Origin: an uncultured Chloroflexia bacterium
GTDB lineage: Bacteria; Chloroflexota; Limnocylindria; Limnocylindrales; CSP1-4
Length of the DNA stretch: 64,000 nucleotides
NCBI GenBank assembly: GCA_963709605.1
Contig: CAVPWX010000019.1
Location: 21,120-85,119, forward strand
Direction of reading: 5' to 3'
A program made the translations under genes and the position numbers. The notes beneath the pieces are model-generated. The model searched no databases, had not been told where the DNA came from, and saw nothing but the letters and a program-made list of their open reading frames with translations. Positions within the stretch are counted from its first letter, which is position 1. Each line of letters opens with the position of its first letter. Below, in pieces: positions 34,265 to 43,785 of this stretch.

Positions 34265-35215
34265 TCAGGTGGCCTTCCAGCAGGCGACCGCGTGGCCGGG
34301 GGAAACCTCGACGAACGGGGGCTCCTCCACGCACTTCTCGAACGCCAGCGGGCAGCGGTCCCGGAAGCGGCAGCCGGCGGGCGGGTTGAGCAGCGAGGGC
34401 GGCGACCCGGGGATCCCCTGCAGCCGCTCCTCCTCGTAGCGCACGCCGACCTCGGGCAGCGACGAGATGAGGAGCCGCGTGTACGGGTGGAGCGGCACCT
34501 GCATCATCGTGTCGGTCGGCGCCTTCTCGGCGAGCTTCCCCGCGTACATCACGGTGAGCGTGTCGGCGATCTGGTAGAGGATCGAGACGTCGTGGGTGAC
34601 GACGATCATGCTGTCGACGAAGGCCCGGTCGCGGAACTCCACCAGCGTCTGGGCGACGGCCTTTTGGCTCGTGACGTCGAGCGCGGAGGTGATCTCGTCG
34701 GCGATCAGGAGCGACGGGTTGAGCAGCGTCGAGATCACCATGACCATCCGCTGCTTCATCCCGCCCGACAGCTCGATCGGGTAGCGGTCGAGCACCTCGG
34801 AGGTGAGGCCGACCAGGACGAGCCGCCGCTCGAGCTCCTCCCGCAGGTCGGCGAACCGCCGGTGGCGCGCCTCCACGAGGTCGGCGACCATCGTCCCGAT
34901 CTTGCGGGTCGGGTTCATCGCGCTCATCGCGTACTGCGGCACGATGGAGATGCTGTTGAAGCGGAACTCGTCCATCGCGTCGGAGTCGGAGATCGGCAGC
35001 TCGACGCCGTCGAGCACCACCCGGCCGCCCACGTGCTTCATGCGGCCGTCGATCCGGACGAGGCTGTTGCCGAGGGTCGACTTGCCGCAGCCGGACTCGC
35101 CGGCGAGCCCCATGATCTCGCCGTCTGCGACCTCGAACGAGACCCCGTCGAGGGCCTTCACGTCGCCCGCGAGGGTCCGGTAGTAGACGCGGAGGTCGGT
35201 GACCTGGAGGCTCAC
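34265..35215 (-). CDS. ABC transporter ATP-binding protein (OppD/DppD-like)
   Basis: ORF 34265-35614 trimmed to GTG 35213-35215. Sequence: VSLQVTDLRVYY..LAGESGCGKSTLG..LSGGMKQRMVMV, with a C-terminal Opp-type extension. Confidence 0.85.
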   Translation of the reverse strand: MSLQVTDLRVYYRTLAGDVKALDGVSFEVADGEIMGLAGESGCGKSTLGNSLVRIDGRMKHVGGRVVLDGVELPISDSDAMDEFRFNSISIVPQYAMSAMNPTRKIGTMVADLVEARHRRFADLREELERRLVLVGLTSEVLDRYPIELSGGMKQRMVMVISTLLNPSLLIADEITSALDVTSQKAVAQTLVEFRDRAFVDSMIVVTHDVSILYQIADTLTVMYAGKLAEKAPTDTMMQVPLHPYTRLLISSLPEVGVRYEEERLQGIPGSPPSLLNPPAGCRFRDRCPLAFEKCVEEPPFVEVSPGHAVACWKAT

Positions 35216-35217
35216 GG

Positions 35218-36138
35218 TCAGGACTCCCGCAGCCGGGGGTTGAAGATCTCGTCGAGGCCCACGTTCGTCACGTAGAGCGCGCCGACGATGGCCGTGATCC
35301 CGATGCCGGGCGGGATGAACCACCACCACATCCCGAGCTGGAGGGCGCTCCAGGCGACGGCGTTGTACATCATCAGGCCGAGCGAGATGCCCGACGTCGG
35401 GCCGAGGCCGATGAAGTCGAGCGACGCGGCGATGAGGATCGCGCTGCCGAACAGGAGGATGAACGTCAGGAAGAGGTAGGAGCTCATGTTGGGGGCGATC
35501 TCGCGGAAGACGACCCGCCAGCTCGAGACGCCGCTGATCTTGGCGAGGTCGACGAACTCGCGGGACTTGAGCGAGAACGTCTGGGCCCGGATCGCCCGGG
35601 CCGCCCACGGCCACGAGGTGAAGCCGATGAAGGCCGCCTCGAGGAGGAGGCCGCGCGTCTGCAGGTAGGCCGTGACCACGATGAGGACGGCGAGCGTCGG
35701 GATCACGAGCACGACGTTCGTGATCACGTTCAGGACCTCGTCGATCCTGCCGCCGCGGTAGCCGGCGACGAATCCGACGGTCATCCCGATCAGCGCCGCG
35801 ATCCCGCCGCCCAGGAACCCGACCACGAAGGTCGCGACGAGGCCGTGGACGAACTGGGCGAAGACGTCCTGGCCGAAGGTGGTGGTGCCGAACCAGTACT
35901 CGGCCGACGGCGGCGCCCCGAGGGGGCCCACGAACTCGTTCGGATCGCCCGGCGCGATGATCGGCGCCAGGAGGGCGAGGATGGCGAAGACGGCGAGGAT
36001 GGCGATCCCGACGAGGACCTTCTTGCTGCGGAACGCGAAGTAGAGGATCTCCCTCCGCCGGCCGACCGATTCGGAGGCGGGCATCGGCCCGGCCGGCCCG
36101 GCGACCGGCACGTAGTCCAGCGGCTGGGCGTCGCTCAT
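35218..36138 (-). CDS. ABC transporter permease (OppC/DppC-like)
   Basis: ORF 35218-36780 trimmed to ATG 36136-36138 (ATGA overlap with the upstream permease). Sequence: MSDAQPLDY..FGTTTFGQDVFAQ.. Confidence 0.85.
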   Translation of the reverse strand: MSDAQPLDYVPVAGPAGPMPASESVGRRREILYFAFRSKKVLVGIAILAVFAILALLAPIIAPGDPNEFVGPLGAPPSAEYWFGTTTFGQDVFAQFVHGLVATFVVGFLGGGIAALIGMTVGFVAGYRGGRIDEVLNVITNVVLVIPTLAVLIVVTAYLQTRGLLLEAAFIGFTSWPWAARAIRAQTFSLKSREFVDLAKISGVSSWRVVFREIAPNMSSYLFLTFILLFGSAILIAASLDFIGLGPTSGISLGLMMYNAVAWSALQLGMWWWFIPPGIGITAIVGALYVTNVGLDEIFNPRLRES

Positions 36139-37127
36139 GCCGTGCCTCCGGTCAGCCCGGTGCGCGTCCGCGGGTCGACGACCACGTAGGCGATGTCGAC
36201 GAGGAAGTTGGCCACCAGCACGCCGGCGATCACGAACAGGAAGATCCCCTGCAACAGGAAGTAGTCCTGGTTCTGGACGGCGGCGAGGAGGAGCTTCCCG
36301 ATGCCGGGGTACGAGAAGACGATCTCGGTCACGAGGGCGCCGGCCACGATCACGCCGAGCGAGAGGGCGAGGCCCGTGATCTGCGGCAGCACCGCGTTCC
36401 GGAAGGCATAGCGCCGGATGAGGCCCGTCGGCGCCCCCAGCGACGCCAGGTAGCGTGAATAGTCCGCGTCGAGCTCGTAGATGATCATGTTGCGCATCCC
36501 GATCGCCCACCCGCCGAACATGACGAGGAAGAGCGACAGGAACGGCAGGAACCAGTGCCACGCCAGGTCGATGGCGAACGACAGGGTGAACGACGGCTCG
36601 ATGTCGTAGCTGTAGGCGCCGGAGATCGGGAAGATGCCCAGCTCCGTCGCGAAGATCCAGGCCAGCATGATCGCCAGCCACATGTACGGCGTGGCCGTGA
36701 GGACGTACCCGATCGGCAGCAGCGTGTTGTCGAGCACGCGACGGCGGGCCGCGATCGCACCCGCCTTGTTCCCCGTCCACCAGCTGAGGAGGATGGCCGG
36801 GACGAGAAGGGCGAGCGTGTAGGGCAGGGCCGCCATGATGACGTCGGTGACCGGCCGACCCGAGAGGTAGACGCTCCGGCCGAGGTCGCCCTGGAGGAGC
36901 CGCCCCCAGAAGTTCAGGTACTGCTGCCAGAGCGGGAGGTCCAGCCCGAAGAGGGCCTTGTAGTAGGCGATCAGGTCGGCCACCGCCTCGGGCGCCACCT
37001 GGGTTCGCGACAGGAGGCTCTGGATGGGGTCGCCCGGCATGAACCGGGGGATCATCCAGTCGATCGTCGCCGCAACCCAGAAGGTGAAGACGTAGATGGC
37101 GAGCTTGCGCCCGAAGTAGCTTCGCAC
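36135..37127 (-). CDS. ABC transporter permease (OppB/DppB-like)
   Basis: ORF 36135-37127. Sequence: MRSYFGRKLAIYVFTFWVAATIDWMIPRFMPGDP.. Confidence 0.85.
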   Translation of the reverse strand: MRSYFGRKLAIYVFTFWVAATIDWMIPRFMPGDPIQSLLSRTQVAPEAVADLIAYYKALFGLDLPLWQQYLNFWGRLLQGDLGRSVYLSGRPVTDVIMAALPYTLALLVPAILLSWWTGNKAGAIAARRRVLDNTLLPIGYVLTATPYMWLAIMLAWIFATELGIFPISGAYSYDIEPSFTLSFAIDLAWHWFLPFLSLFLVMFGGWAIGMRNMIIYELDADYSRYLASLGAPTGLIRRYAFRNAVLPQITGLALSLGVIVAGALVTEIVFSYPGIGKLLLAAVQNQDYFLLQGIFLFVIAGVLVANFLVDIAYVVVDPRTRTGLTGGTA

Positions 37128-37211
37128 CCGATCTCCCGGTCGGCAGTCAGATGAGCCCGGATGAGGTGCCCCTCCTCCCGCCCGGCGGGAGGAGGGGCCA
37201 CATGACCGTGA

Positions 37212-38972
37212 CTACGGGGCCGGGACCGGCTCCAGGTTCGTGAGCATCTTGATGGCGCCCATCTGCCAATAGCCGTTCCAGGTGCACGGGAGGACCTGCT
37301 CGCCCTCGTCCGATGGCCAGTTGGTCCAGACGACGTTGCTGACTTGCGACCACATCCCGTTGTACCAGAGCGGGATGACCGGCATGTCGGTCAGGCTGAT
37401 CTTCTGGAGCTTGGAGGTGATCTCCTTCGCCTTGGCCACGTCGTCGACGGGCGTCTTGTCCAGCTCCTGGACCAGGGCCCATGCGTCGGCGTTCTCGTAG
37501 CCCCCGAAGTTGCGGTTCTTGCCCTCGGGGGACATGAGCGGCTGGCGGAACATGTAGTCGTAGTAGGTCCACGGCGAGTTCGAGATCTGGACCTCGTTGT
37601 TGAGGACCAGGTCGAAGTTCATGTTGTTGCGGTCGTTGACCAGGCCGTTGTAGTCGGTGATCTTGGCCTCCGTGTTGATCCCGACCTTCTTGAGGCTGGC
37701 CACGATCACGTCGCGGGCGGCCTCCCAGTCGGACCAGCCGCTGGGGACCATGATCGTGAGCTTGATGGCCGAGCCGTCCTTGTTGGTGACGAACCCGTCG
37801 CCGCCCTTCTTGTACCCGGCGGCGGCGAGAAGCCGCTCGGCCTTCTGGGGGTCGTAGCTGAAGCCCAGCTCGCTTCGCTGGGCCGTGTCGATGTACTTCT
37901 CCCACGTCGGGAGGAGGCCCGTGGGATCGGCGGCCGCGACGATGTTGCCGTAGACCTTGTTGACGATGTCGGGGACGTTGACCGCCCACGCGATCGCCTT
38001 GCGGAACTCCGGGTCGTCGAGGGGCGGCTTCTGGTCGTTGGTGACGAGCCAGGCCGTGTTCGCCGACAGCATGTAGGGGGCCTCCTTGTAGTACGTGGAG
38101 ACGTAGCCCTTGTCGACGAGCGTGGCGATGCCCGGAAGGAAGTTGTTGGAGAGGTCGAAGTCACCCTGCATCAGCCGGCCGAGCGCCACGTTGTTGGCGC
38201 CGTTGACGATGTCGACGATGTACTTCGGCTTGACCTCGAGGTCGATGCTCTTGCCCCACCAGGAGTCGTTGCGCTCCCAGACCATGCGGTCCTCGGCGTG
38301 GGTCCTGTACTTGTAGGGGCCCGTCCCCACGCCGTCCTGGTTCAGGTCCTTGAGGATGTCCTCGTTGGCCTTGGCCTCCCAGATGTGCTTCGGGACGATC
38401 GGGCTGTTGTAGGTCCAGAGGGCCCACTGCTGGTACGCCGGGTTGCCGAACTTCACGACGACGGTGCTGTCATCGGTCGCCGTGGCGTCGGTGACGAAGT
38501 CCCAGATGTTGGAGCCGACGACCTTGATCTTCGCCAGGCCGATCGTGAAGGCGACGTCCTCGGCCGTGAACGGCGTGCCGTCGCTCCAGGTGACGCCCGA
38601 CCGGACCTTGATGGTGTACGTCGTCGGGTCGGTCCACGACGCGCTCTCGGCGAGCCACGGCTCGAACGTGTCGGCCAGCGGATCGAACAGGAAGAGCGTC
38701 TCGTACTGCAGGCCCACCACGCCCATCGCGGCGTTCGGGTCGAGCGGGTTCCAGGTCGAGGGCGGGCCCCACTGCTTGCCCGTGGTGTAGATAGTCTCCG
38801 CCCGCGGGTAGCTCTCGACGGGCGCCTCGGTGGCGGGCGCCTCGGTGGCGGGTGCCTCGGTGGCGGGTGCCTCGGTTGCGGGTGCCGCCGACGGCGTCGC
38901 GCCGGCCGCGCAGGCTGCCGTGGCGATGCTCGCGATCGCGAGCAGGGCCAGCAGCCGCTTCGCATGTGCCAT
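37212..38972 (-). CDS. ABC substrate-binding lipoprotein, family 5 (Opp/Dpp type), probably oligosaccharide-binding
   Basis: ORF 37212-39053 trimmed to ATG 38970-38972, 8 nt after GGAGGA. Lipobox IATAAC, an ATEAP x4 linker, and a family 5 body (..IYTTGKQWGPPSTWNPL..). Confidence 0.8.
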   Translation of the reverse strand: MAHAKRLLALLAIASIATAACAAGATPSAAPATEAPATEAPATEAPATEAPVESYPRAETIYTTGKQWGPPSTWNPLDPNAAMGVVGLQYETLFLFDPLADTFEPWLAESASWTDPTTYTIKVRSGVTWSDGTPFTAEDVAFTIGLAKIKVVGSNIWDFVTDATATDDSTVVVKFGNPAYQQWALWTYNSPIVPKHIWEAKANEDILKDLNQDGVGTGPYKYRTHAEDRMVWERNDSWWGKSIDLEVKPKYIVDIVNGANNVALGRLMQGDFDLSNNFLPGIATLVDKGYVSTYYKEAPYMLSANTAWLVTNDQKPPLDDPEFRKAIAWAVNVPDIVNKVYGNIVAAADPTGLLPTWEKYIDTAQRSELGFSYDPQKAERLLAAAGYKKGGDGFVTNKDGSAIKLTIMVPSGWSDWEAARDVIVASLKKVGINTEAKITDYNGLVNDRNNMNFDLVLNNEVQISNSPWTYYDYMFRQPLMSPEGKNRNFGGYENADAWALVQELDKTPVDDVAKAKEITSKLQKISLTDMPVIPLWYNGMWSQVSNVVWTNWPSDEGEQVLPCTWNGYWQMGAIKMLTNLEPVPAP

Positions 38973-39049
38973 ACCAGTGCTCCTCCTTGCTCCTCGCAGC
39001 CGGGGCTGCAGGTTGACCAGCGGTTGTCGCGGATGTGATGGCCGATCGG

Positions 39050-40069
39050 TCAATTGCGCGGCACACCTCCTGCCGTCGACCGGCGAACGACGAGCTCGGT
39101 GGGAAGGATCACGCGGCGAGGTCCTCCGCCGGGGTCGGCGAGCACGTGCAGCAGCGATTCGGCAGCCTCGGCGCCCTGCTGGCGGATGCTCTGGCGGACG
39201 GTGGTGAGGGGCGGGTGGAGGTGCGCCGCGAAGTCCAGGTCGTCGAAGCCCGCGAGGGCGACGTCCTCGGGCACGTGGAGGCCACGCTCGTGGAGCACCC
39301 GCAGCGCGCCCCGCGCGGCGAGGTCGTTGGCGCAGAACACCGCGTCCACGCCCCGCTCGACCAGCTCGGCGGCCCCGGCCTCGCCGGCGCTCTCCGTGTA
39401 GTCGCCGTCGACGATCAGCTCGTCTGGGGGCAGCCCGACCCGCCGAAGGGCGTTGCGGTAGCCCGTGACGCGGTCCTCGGCGGAGAACGTGCCCCGGGCC
39501 CCGGTCACGTGCCCGATCCGTCGCCGGCCGATGCTCACCAGGTGCGAGGTCGCGATGTCGGCCGCCGTGACGTTGTCGATGTCCACGTAGCTCGCGGCAC
39601 GGTCGGCGCCCCGGTGGCCGACCAGGACGGTCGGCAGGCGCGAGTCGAGGAGCCCGTCGACCAGCGTGTCGCGGATGTTGTGGGCCGTCACGATCACCCC
39701 GTCGAGGCTCATCGAGAGGATCCGATCGAGCGTCTCTTCCCTCGTCCGGTGGCCGAGCCAGAGCATCATCCCGGTCGAGCGCTCGGCCAGGACGTCGCTG
39801 ATGCCCTGCAGGAGCTGCGAGAAGTAGCGATCCCCGAACAGCAGGTGGGGATCGACGTGGAGGACGACCCCGACCACGCCCGAACGACCCGAGGCGAGCG
39901 TCCGGGCGGCACGGTTGGGCCGGAATCCCGTCTCCTCGAGGACGTCCAGCACGCGGCGGCGCGTCGTCTCCGCCACCGGGCCGCCGTTGATCACGCGCGA
40001 GACCGTCGCCCGCGAGACGCCGCTGGCCGCCGCCACGTCGTCGAGCGTTCGCGCCACCGCGCCCTCCAT
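39050..40069 (-). CDS. LacI-family transcriptional regulator
   Basis: ORF 39050-40069. N-terminal HTH LDDVAAASGVSRATVSRVINGG plus a periplasmic-binding-protein-like sugar-binding core. Confidence 0.9.
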   Translation of the reverse strand: MEGAVARTLDDVAAASGVSRATVSRVINGGPVAETTRRRVLDVLEETGFRPNRAARTLASGRSGVVGVVLHVDPHLLFGDRYFSQLLQGISDVLAERSTGMMLWLGHRTREETLDRILSMSLDGVIVTAHNIRDTLVDGLLDSRLPTVLVGHRGADRAASYVDIDNVTAADIATSHLVSIGRRRIGHVTGARGTFSAEDRVTGYRNALRRVGLPPDELIVDGDYTESAGEAGAAELVERGVDAVFCANDLAARGALRVLHERGLHVPEDVALAGFDDLDFAAHLHPPLTTVRQSIRQQGAEAAESLLHVLADPGGGPRRVILPTELVVRRSTAGGVPRN

Positions 40070-40079
40070 GAACCTCGGA

Positions 40080-40095
40080 CTGAAAGCGCTTTCAG
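40080..40095. promoter_or_regulatory. LacI-type operator O1 (perfect 16-bp palindrome CTGAAAGCGCTTTCAG)
   Basis: It matches the LacI/CcpA-family operator pattern TGnAAnCGnTTnCA and lies 11 nt upstream of the lacI-family start codon, in the divergent intergenic region. Confidence 0.7.
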
Positions 40096-40179
40096 AATAG
40101 CCGTTTACGGGCCCGTGTCAAGTGGACTTCCGAGCGTGGACGATGCATGTACAATGCGCGATGGACGGGCCAGCCAAGA

Positions 40180-40193
40180 TGTAAGCGCTTCCA
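40180..40193. promoter_or_regulatory. LacI-type operator O2 (TGTAAGCGCTTCCA)
   Basis: An imperfect palindrome closely related to O1. It abuts and overlaps the AAGGAG SD (40193-40198) of the GH1 gene. A TACAAT -10-like hexamer lies at 40150-40155. Confidence 0.55.
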
Positions 40194-40204
40194 AGGAGCA
40201 GACC

Positions 40205-41554
40205 GTGACGACTCCCGGCTTTCCGGCGGACTTCACGTGGGGCGCCTCGACGTCGTCCTACCAGATCGAGGGCGCGACGGCCGAGGACGGCCGCGGCGAG
40301 AGCATCTGGGACCGCTTCGCACACACCCCCGGGCGGGTTCGCGGCGGCGACACCGGCGACGTCGCCTGCGATCACTACCACCGCTACCGGGACGACGTCG
40401 CGATCATGGCCGAGCTCGGGCTCGACGGGTACCGCTTCTCCATCGCCTGGCCGCGGATCCTCCCGGCCGGCACCGGGGCGGTGAACGAGGCCGGCCTCGA
40501 CTTCTACGAGCGCCTCGTCGACGCGCTCCTGGAGCGCGGCATCGAACCCCACGCCACCCTCTACCACTGGGATCTCCCGCAGGCGCTCGAGGACGCCGGC
40601 GGGTGGCCCCTCCGCGCGACCGCCGAGGCGTTCGCCGGGTATGCCGACGTCGTCGCCCGCCGCCTCGGCGACCGACTGGCGACGCTCGCAACCCTCAACG
40701 AACCGTGGTGCTCCGCCTACCTCGGATACGAGTCGGGTGAGCATGCCCCGGGGCGGACGGAGCCGGCCGCGGCGCTCGCCGCGAGCCATCACCTGCTCGT
40801 CGCCCACGGCCTCGGGGTCGCGGCGATCCGGGCGGCGGCGCCGCGGACGAGGGTCGGCATCGTCCTGAACTTCCAGCCGCACGCCCCACTGAGCGACCAT
40901 CCCCTCGACCTCGAGGCGGCGGCGCTCGGCCACGACCGCTTCAACCGCTGGTACCTGGAGCCCGTGACCGGCGGCGACTACCCGGCGGACACGGCCCGGA
41001 GGCTCGGCTGGCGCCGGGACGAGGTCCTGCCCGGCGACATGGCGACGATCGCCGCGCCGCTCGACTTCATGGGCGTCAACTACTACACCCGGAGCTTCGA
41101 GCGCTCACCCCTCCTGCCGCCCCTGGCGCCCCCCGCCGATCGCGAGCTGACCGCGATGGGCTGGGAGGTCTACCCGGAGGGGCTGACGGGCGTCCTCGAG
41201 TTCGTCGCCTCGCGGACCGGCGACCTGCCGCTCTACGTGGACGAGAACGGGGCGTCGTACGACCTGGACCCGGCGGACCCGACCCGTGACCCCGATCGCG
41301 TCGAGTACCTGCGCCGCCACCTCGTCGCGGCACGGACGGCCATCGACCACGGCGTGCCGCTGCGGGGCTACTTCGTCTGGTCGCTGCTGGACAACTTCGA
41401 GTGGGCCCAGGGCTACGCCCGCCGCTTCGGCATCGTCCACGTGGACTTCGGCACCCAGGAGCGGCGCATCCGGGACAGCGGGCGCTTCATGGCGGCCATG
41501 GCCCACGGCGGTGAGCCGGCCGAGGTGGCGGTGACGGCCGAGGTGGCCCGGTGA
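40205..41554 (+). CDS. GH1 family beta-glucosidase
   Basis: GTG 40205, 6 nt after AAGGAG, in ORF 39035-41554. Motifs [21 protein letters not shown] (acid/base Glu) and YVDENG (nucleophile Glu). Confidence 0.9.
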   Translation: MTTPGFPADFTWGASTSSYQIEGATAEDGRGESIWDRFAHTPGRVRGGDTGDVACDHYHRYRDDVAIMAELGLDGYRFSIAWPRILPAGTGAVNEAGLDFYERLVDALLERGIEPHATLYHWDLPQALEDAGGWPLRATAEAFAGYADVVARRLGDRLATLATLNEPWCSAYLGYESGEHAPGRTEPAAALAASHHLLVAHGLGVAAIRAAAPRTRVGIVLNFQPHAPLSDHPLDLEAAALGHDRFNRWYLEPVTGGDYPADTARRLGWRRDEVLPGDMATIAAPLDFMGVNYYTRSFERSPLLPPLAPPADRELTAMGWEVYPEGLTGVLEFVASRTGDLPLYVDENGASYDLDPADPTRDPDRVEYLRRHLVAARTAIDHGVPLRGYFVWSLLDNFEWAQGYARRFGIVHVDFGTQERRIRDSGRFMAAMAHGGEPAEVAVTAEVAR

Positions 41555-42523
41555 CGGCCGTGCCGGTCCCCTGGGAGGACCGTCCCGCCGGCGCGACCGG
41601 GGTCTTCTGGCGCTCGAGTCGCAACCCGATCATCGGGCGTCACCACCTCCCTCGCTCGAACTCGGTCTTCAACTCGGCGGTCGTCCGGTTCGGTGACGGG
41701 TTCGCCGGCGTCTTCCGCGTCGACGACACGGCGCGGACGATGAACCTCCACGTCGGCAGGAGCGCGGACGGCGTCGCCTGGGCGATCGACCCCGAGCCGA
41801 TCTCCTTCCGGGCCTCCGACGACCGGGTCGCCGAGATCCAGGAGACCTTCGAGCACGCCTACGACCCCCGCGTGACGTGGCTGGAGGACCGTTTCTACGT
41901 CACCTGGTGCAACGGCTACCACGGCCCGACGATCGGGATCGCCTGGACGACCGACTTCGTGACCTTCCACCAGCTGGACAACGCGTTCCTCCCGTTCAAC
42001 CGCAACGGGGTGCTCTTCCCGCGACGGGTCGGCGGCGTCCTACGCGATGCTCAGCCGGCCGAGCGACAACGGCCACACGCCCTTCGGCGACATCTTCGTC
42101 TCCGAGAGCCCCGACCTCGTCCACTGGGGCCGCCACCGCCACGTGATGGCGCCACGGCCGTGGAGCTGGGACTCGGCGAAGGTCGGGGCCGGCCCGACCC
42201 CGATCGAGACGGACGAGGGCTGGCTCCTCCTGTACCACGGCGTCCTCATCTCGTGCAACGGCTTCGTCTACGCGATGGGGGCTGCCCTTCTGGACCTCGA
42301 CGAGCCCTGGCGGGTCCTCTCACGCCCTCGCGACTACCTGCTCTCGCCCCAGGTGCCGTACGAGCAGGTGGGCGACGTCCCGAACATCGTCTTCCCGTGC
42401 GCCGCGCTGCTGGACCGCGAGGCCGACCGCCTGACGGTCTACTACGGCGGCGCCGACACCGTCGTGGGCATGGCCCATGCCCACCTGTCGGAGGTGATGG
42501 CGTTCCTGCGAGCCGGCGCCTGA
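41551..42523 (+). CDS. GH130 family glycoside phosphorylase (beta-mannoside phosphorylase-like); apparent +1 frameshift near 42039
   Basis: GTGA overlap with the GH1 stop. ORF 41551 (..[49 protein letters not shown]) continues in ORF 42047-42523 as [30 protein letters not shown]... An extra C sits in gtCCtac. Confidence 0.75.
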
Positions 42524-42587
42524 CCGGGCGCCTGACCGGGCGCGGGTCGAGGCGCCGCGGCGGCGGGGCCGGCGGCCGGCGGCGCGT

Positions 42588-43784
42588 CTACGAACGCGTC
42601 CGGGCGACAAACCGCCCGATCCGCGCGAGGGCCTCCTCGATGTTCTCGTAGCTCGTCGCGTAACACATCCGGACGTGGCCCCGGCCCGATGGGCCGAAGA
42701 CGCTCCCCGGCACCGTCGCGACGAGCTCCTCGACGAGGAGCCGCTCGGCGAACGTCTCGTCGTCGAGGCCGGTCGAGGTGATCCGCGGGAAGGCGTAGAA
42801 CGCTCCGCGCGGCTCGAAGGTCTCGAGGCCGAGCGCGTTCAGCCCGTCCACGAGGAAGCGCCGGCGCCGGTCGTACTCCTGGCGCATCCGCTCGACGTCC
42901 GCCTCCGCCGTCACGAGCGCGACGAGCGCCGCGTCCTGGCCCGTCGTCGGTGCCGACATGATCCCGTACTGGTGGACCTTCATCATCCCCTCCAGGATCC
43001 CGGCCGGGGCGCAGACGTACCCGATCCGCCAGCCGGTCATCGCGTACGCCTTGGAGAAGCCGCCCATGAGGATCGTGCGCTCGCGCATCCCCGGCAGGGC
43101 GCTCATCGCCCGGTGGCGGTAGTCGCCGTAGGCGAGCCGGTCGTAGATCTCGTCCGAGTAGACGAGGAGATCGTGGCGGACGGCGAGCGCCGCGAGCTCG
43201 TCCTGCACGGCGGGCGGGAGGACGGCGCCGGTCGGGTTGCAGGGGAAGCCGAGGAAGAGCGCCTTCGTCCGCGGGGTGATCGCGGCCTCGACCGCGTCAG
43301 GCTCGAGTGCGAAGTCGTCCTCGAAGCGGGTCGGCACCGGGCGCACGACTCCCTCGGCGAAGACGATCGCGGGGATGTAGGCAACGTACGACGGCTCGTG
43401 GAGGATCACCTCGTCGCCCGGGTCGACCGTCGCCCGCAGCGCGAGGTCGAGCGCCTCGGAGGCGCCGACGGTCACGAGCACCTCGGTCGCCGGGTCGTAG
43501 TGGACGCCGTAGCGCCGCGCGATGTGGCTCGCGATCGCCCGGCGCAGCTCGAGCGTGCCGTGGTTGCTCGTGTAGTGGGTCCGCTCGGCGCGCAGGCTGG
43601 CGATGCCGGCCTCGATCACCTGGGGCGGCGTCGTGAAGTCGGGCTCCCCCACCCCGAGGCTGATGATGTCCTCCATCGTCGCCGCGATGTCGAAGAAACG
43701 CCGGATCCCCGAGGCCGGGACGGCGAGGACGCGCTCGGAGAGCACGCGGTCGGCAAGCGGCAGGCGCGGAGTCGGATCGGTCAT
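42588..43784 (-). CDS. class I/II PLP-dependent aminotransferase (aspartate/aromatic type)
   Basis: ORF 42588-44549 trimmed to ATG 43782-43784. Motifs ..[37 protein letters not shown]. Confidence 0.85.
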   Translation of the reverse strand: MTDPTPRLPLADRVLSERVLAVPASGIRRFFDIAATMEDIISLGVGEPDFTTPPQVIEAGIASLRAERTHYTSNHGTLELRRAIASHIARRYGVHYDPATEVLVTVGASEALDLALRATVDPGDEVILHEPSYVAYIPAIVFAEGVVRPVPTRFEDDFALEPDAVEAAITPRTKALFLGFPCNPTGAVLPPAVQDELAALAVRHDLLVYSDEIYDRLAYGDYRHRAMSALPGMRERTILMGGFSKAYAMTGWRIGYVCAPAGILEGMMKVHQYGIMSAPTTGQDAALVALVTAEADVERMRQEYDRRRRFLVDGLNALGLETFEPRGAFYAFPRITSTGLDDETFAERLLVEELVATVPGSVFGPSGRGHVRMCYATSYENIEEALARIGRFVARTRS

Positions 43785-43785
43785 C

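Noticed and set aside
38973-39049. Possible third LacI operator (GACCAGCGGTTGTC) upstream of the binding-protein gene
   Set aside because: Only 5 of 7 positions are palindromic, and the half-site differs from O1/O2 (TGAAAGC). It is not convincing.
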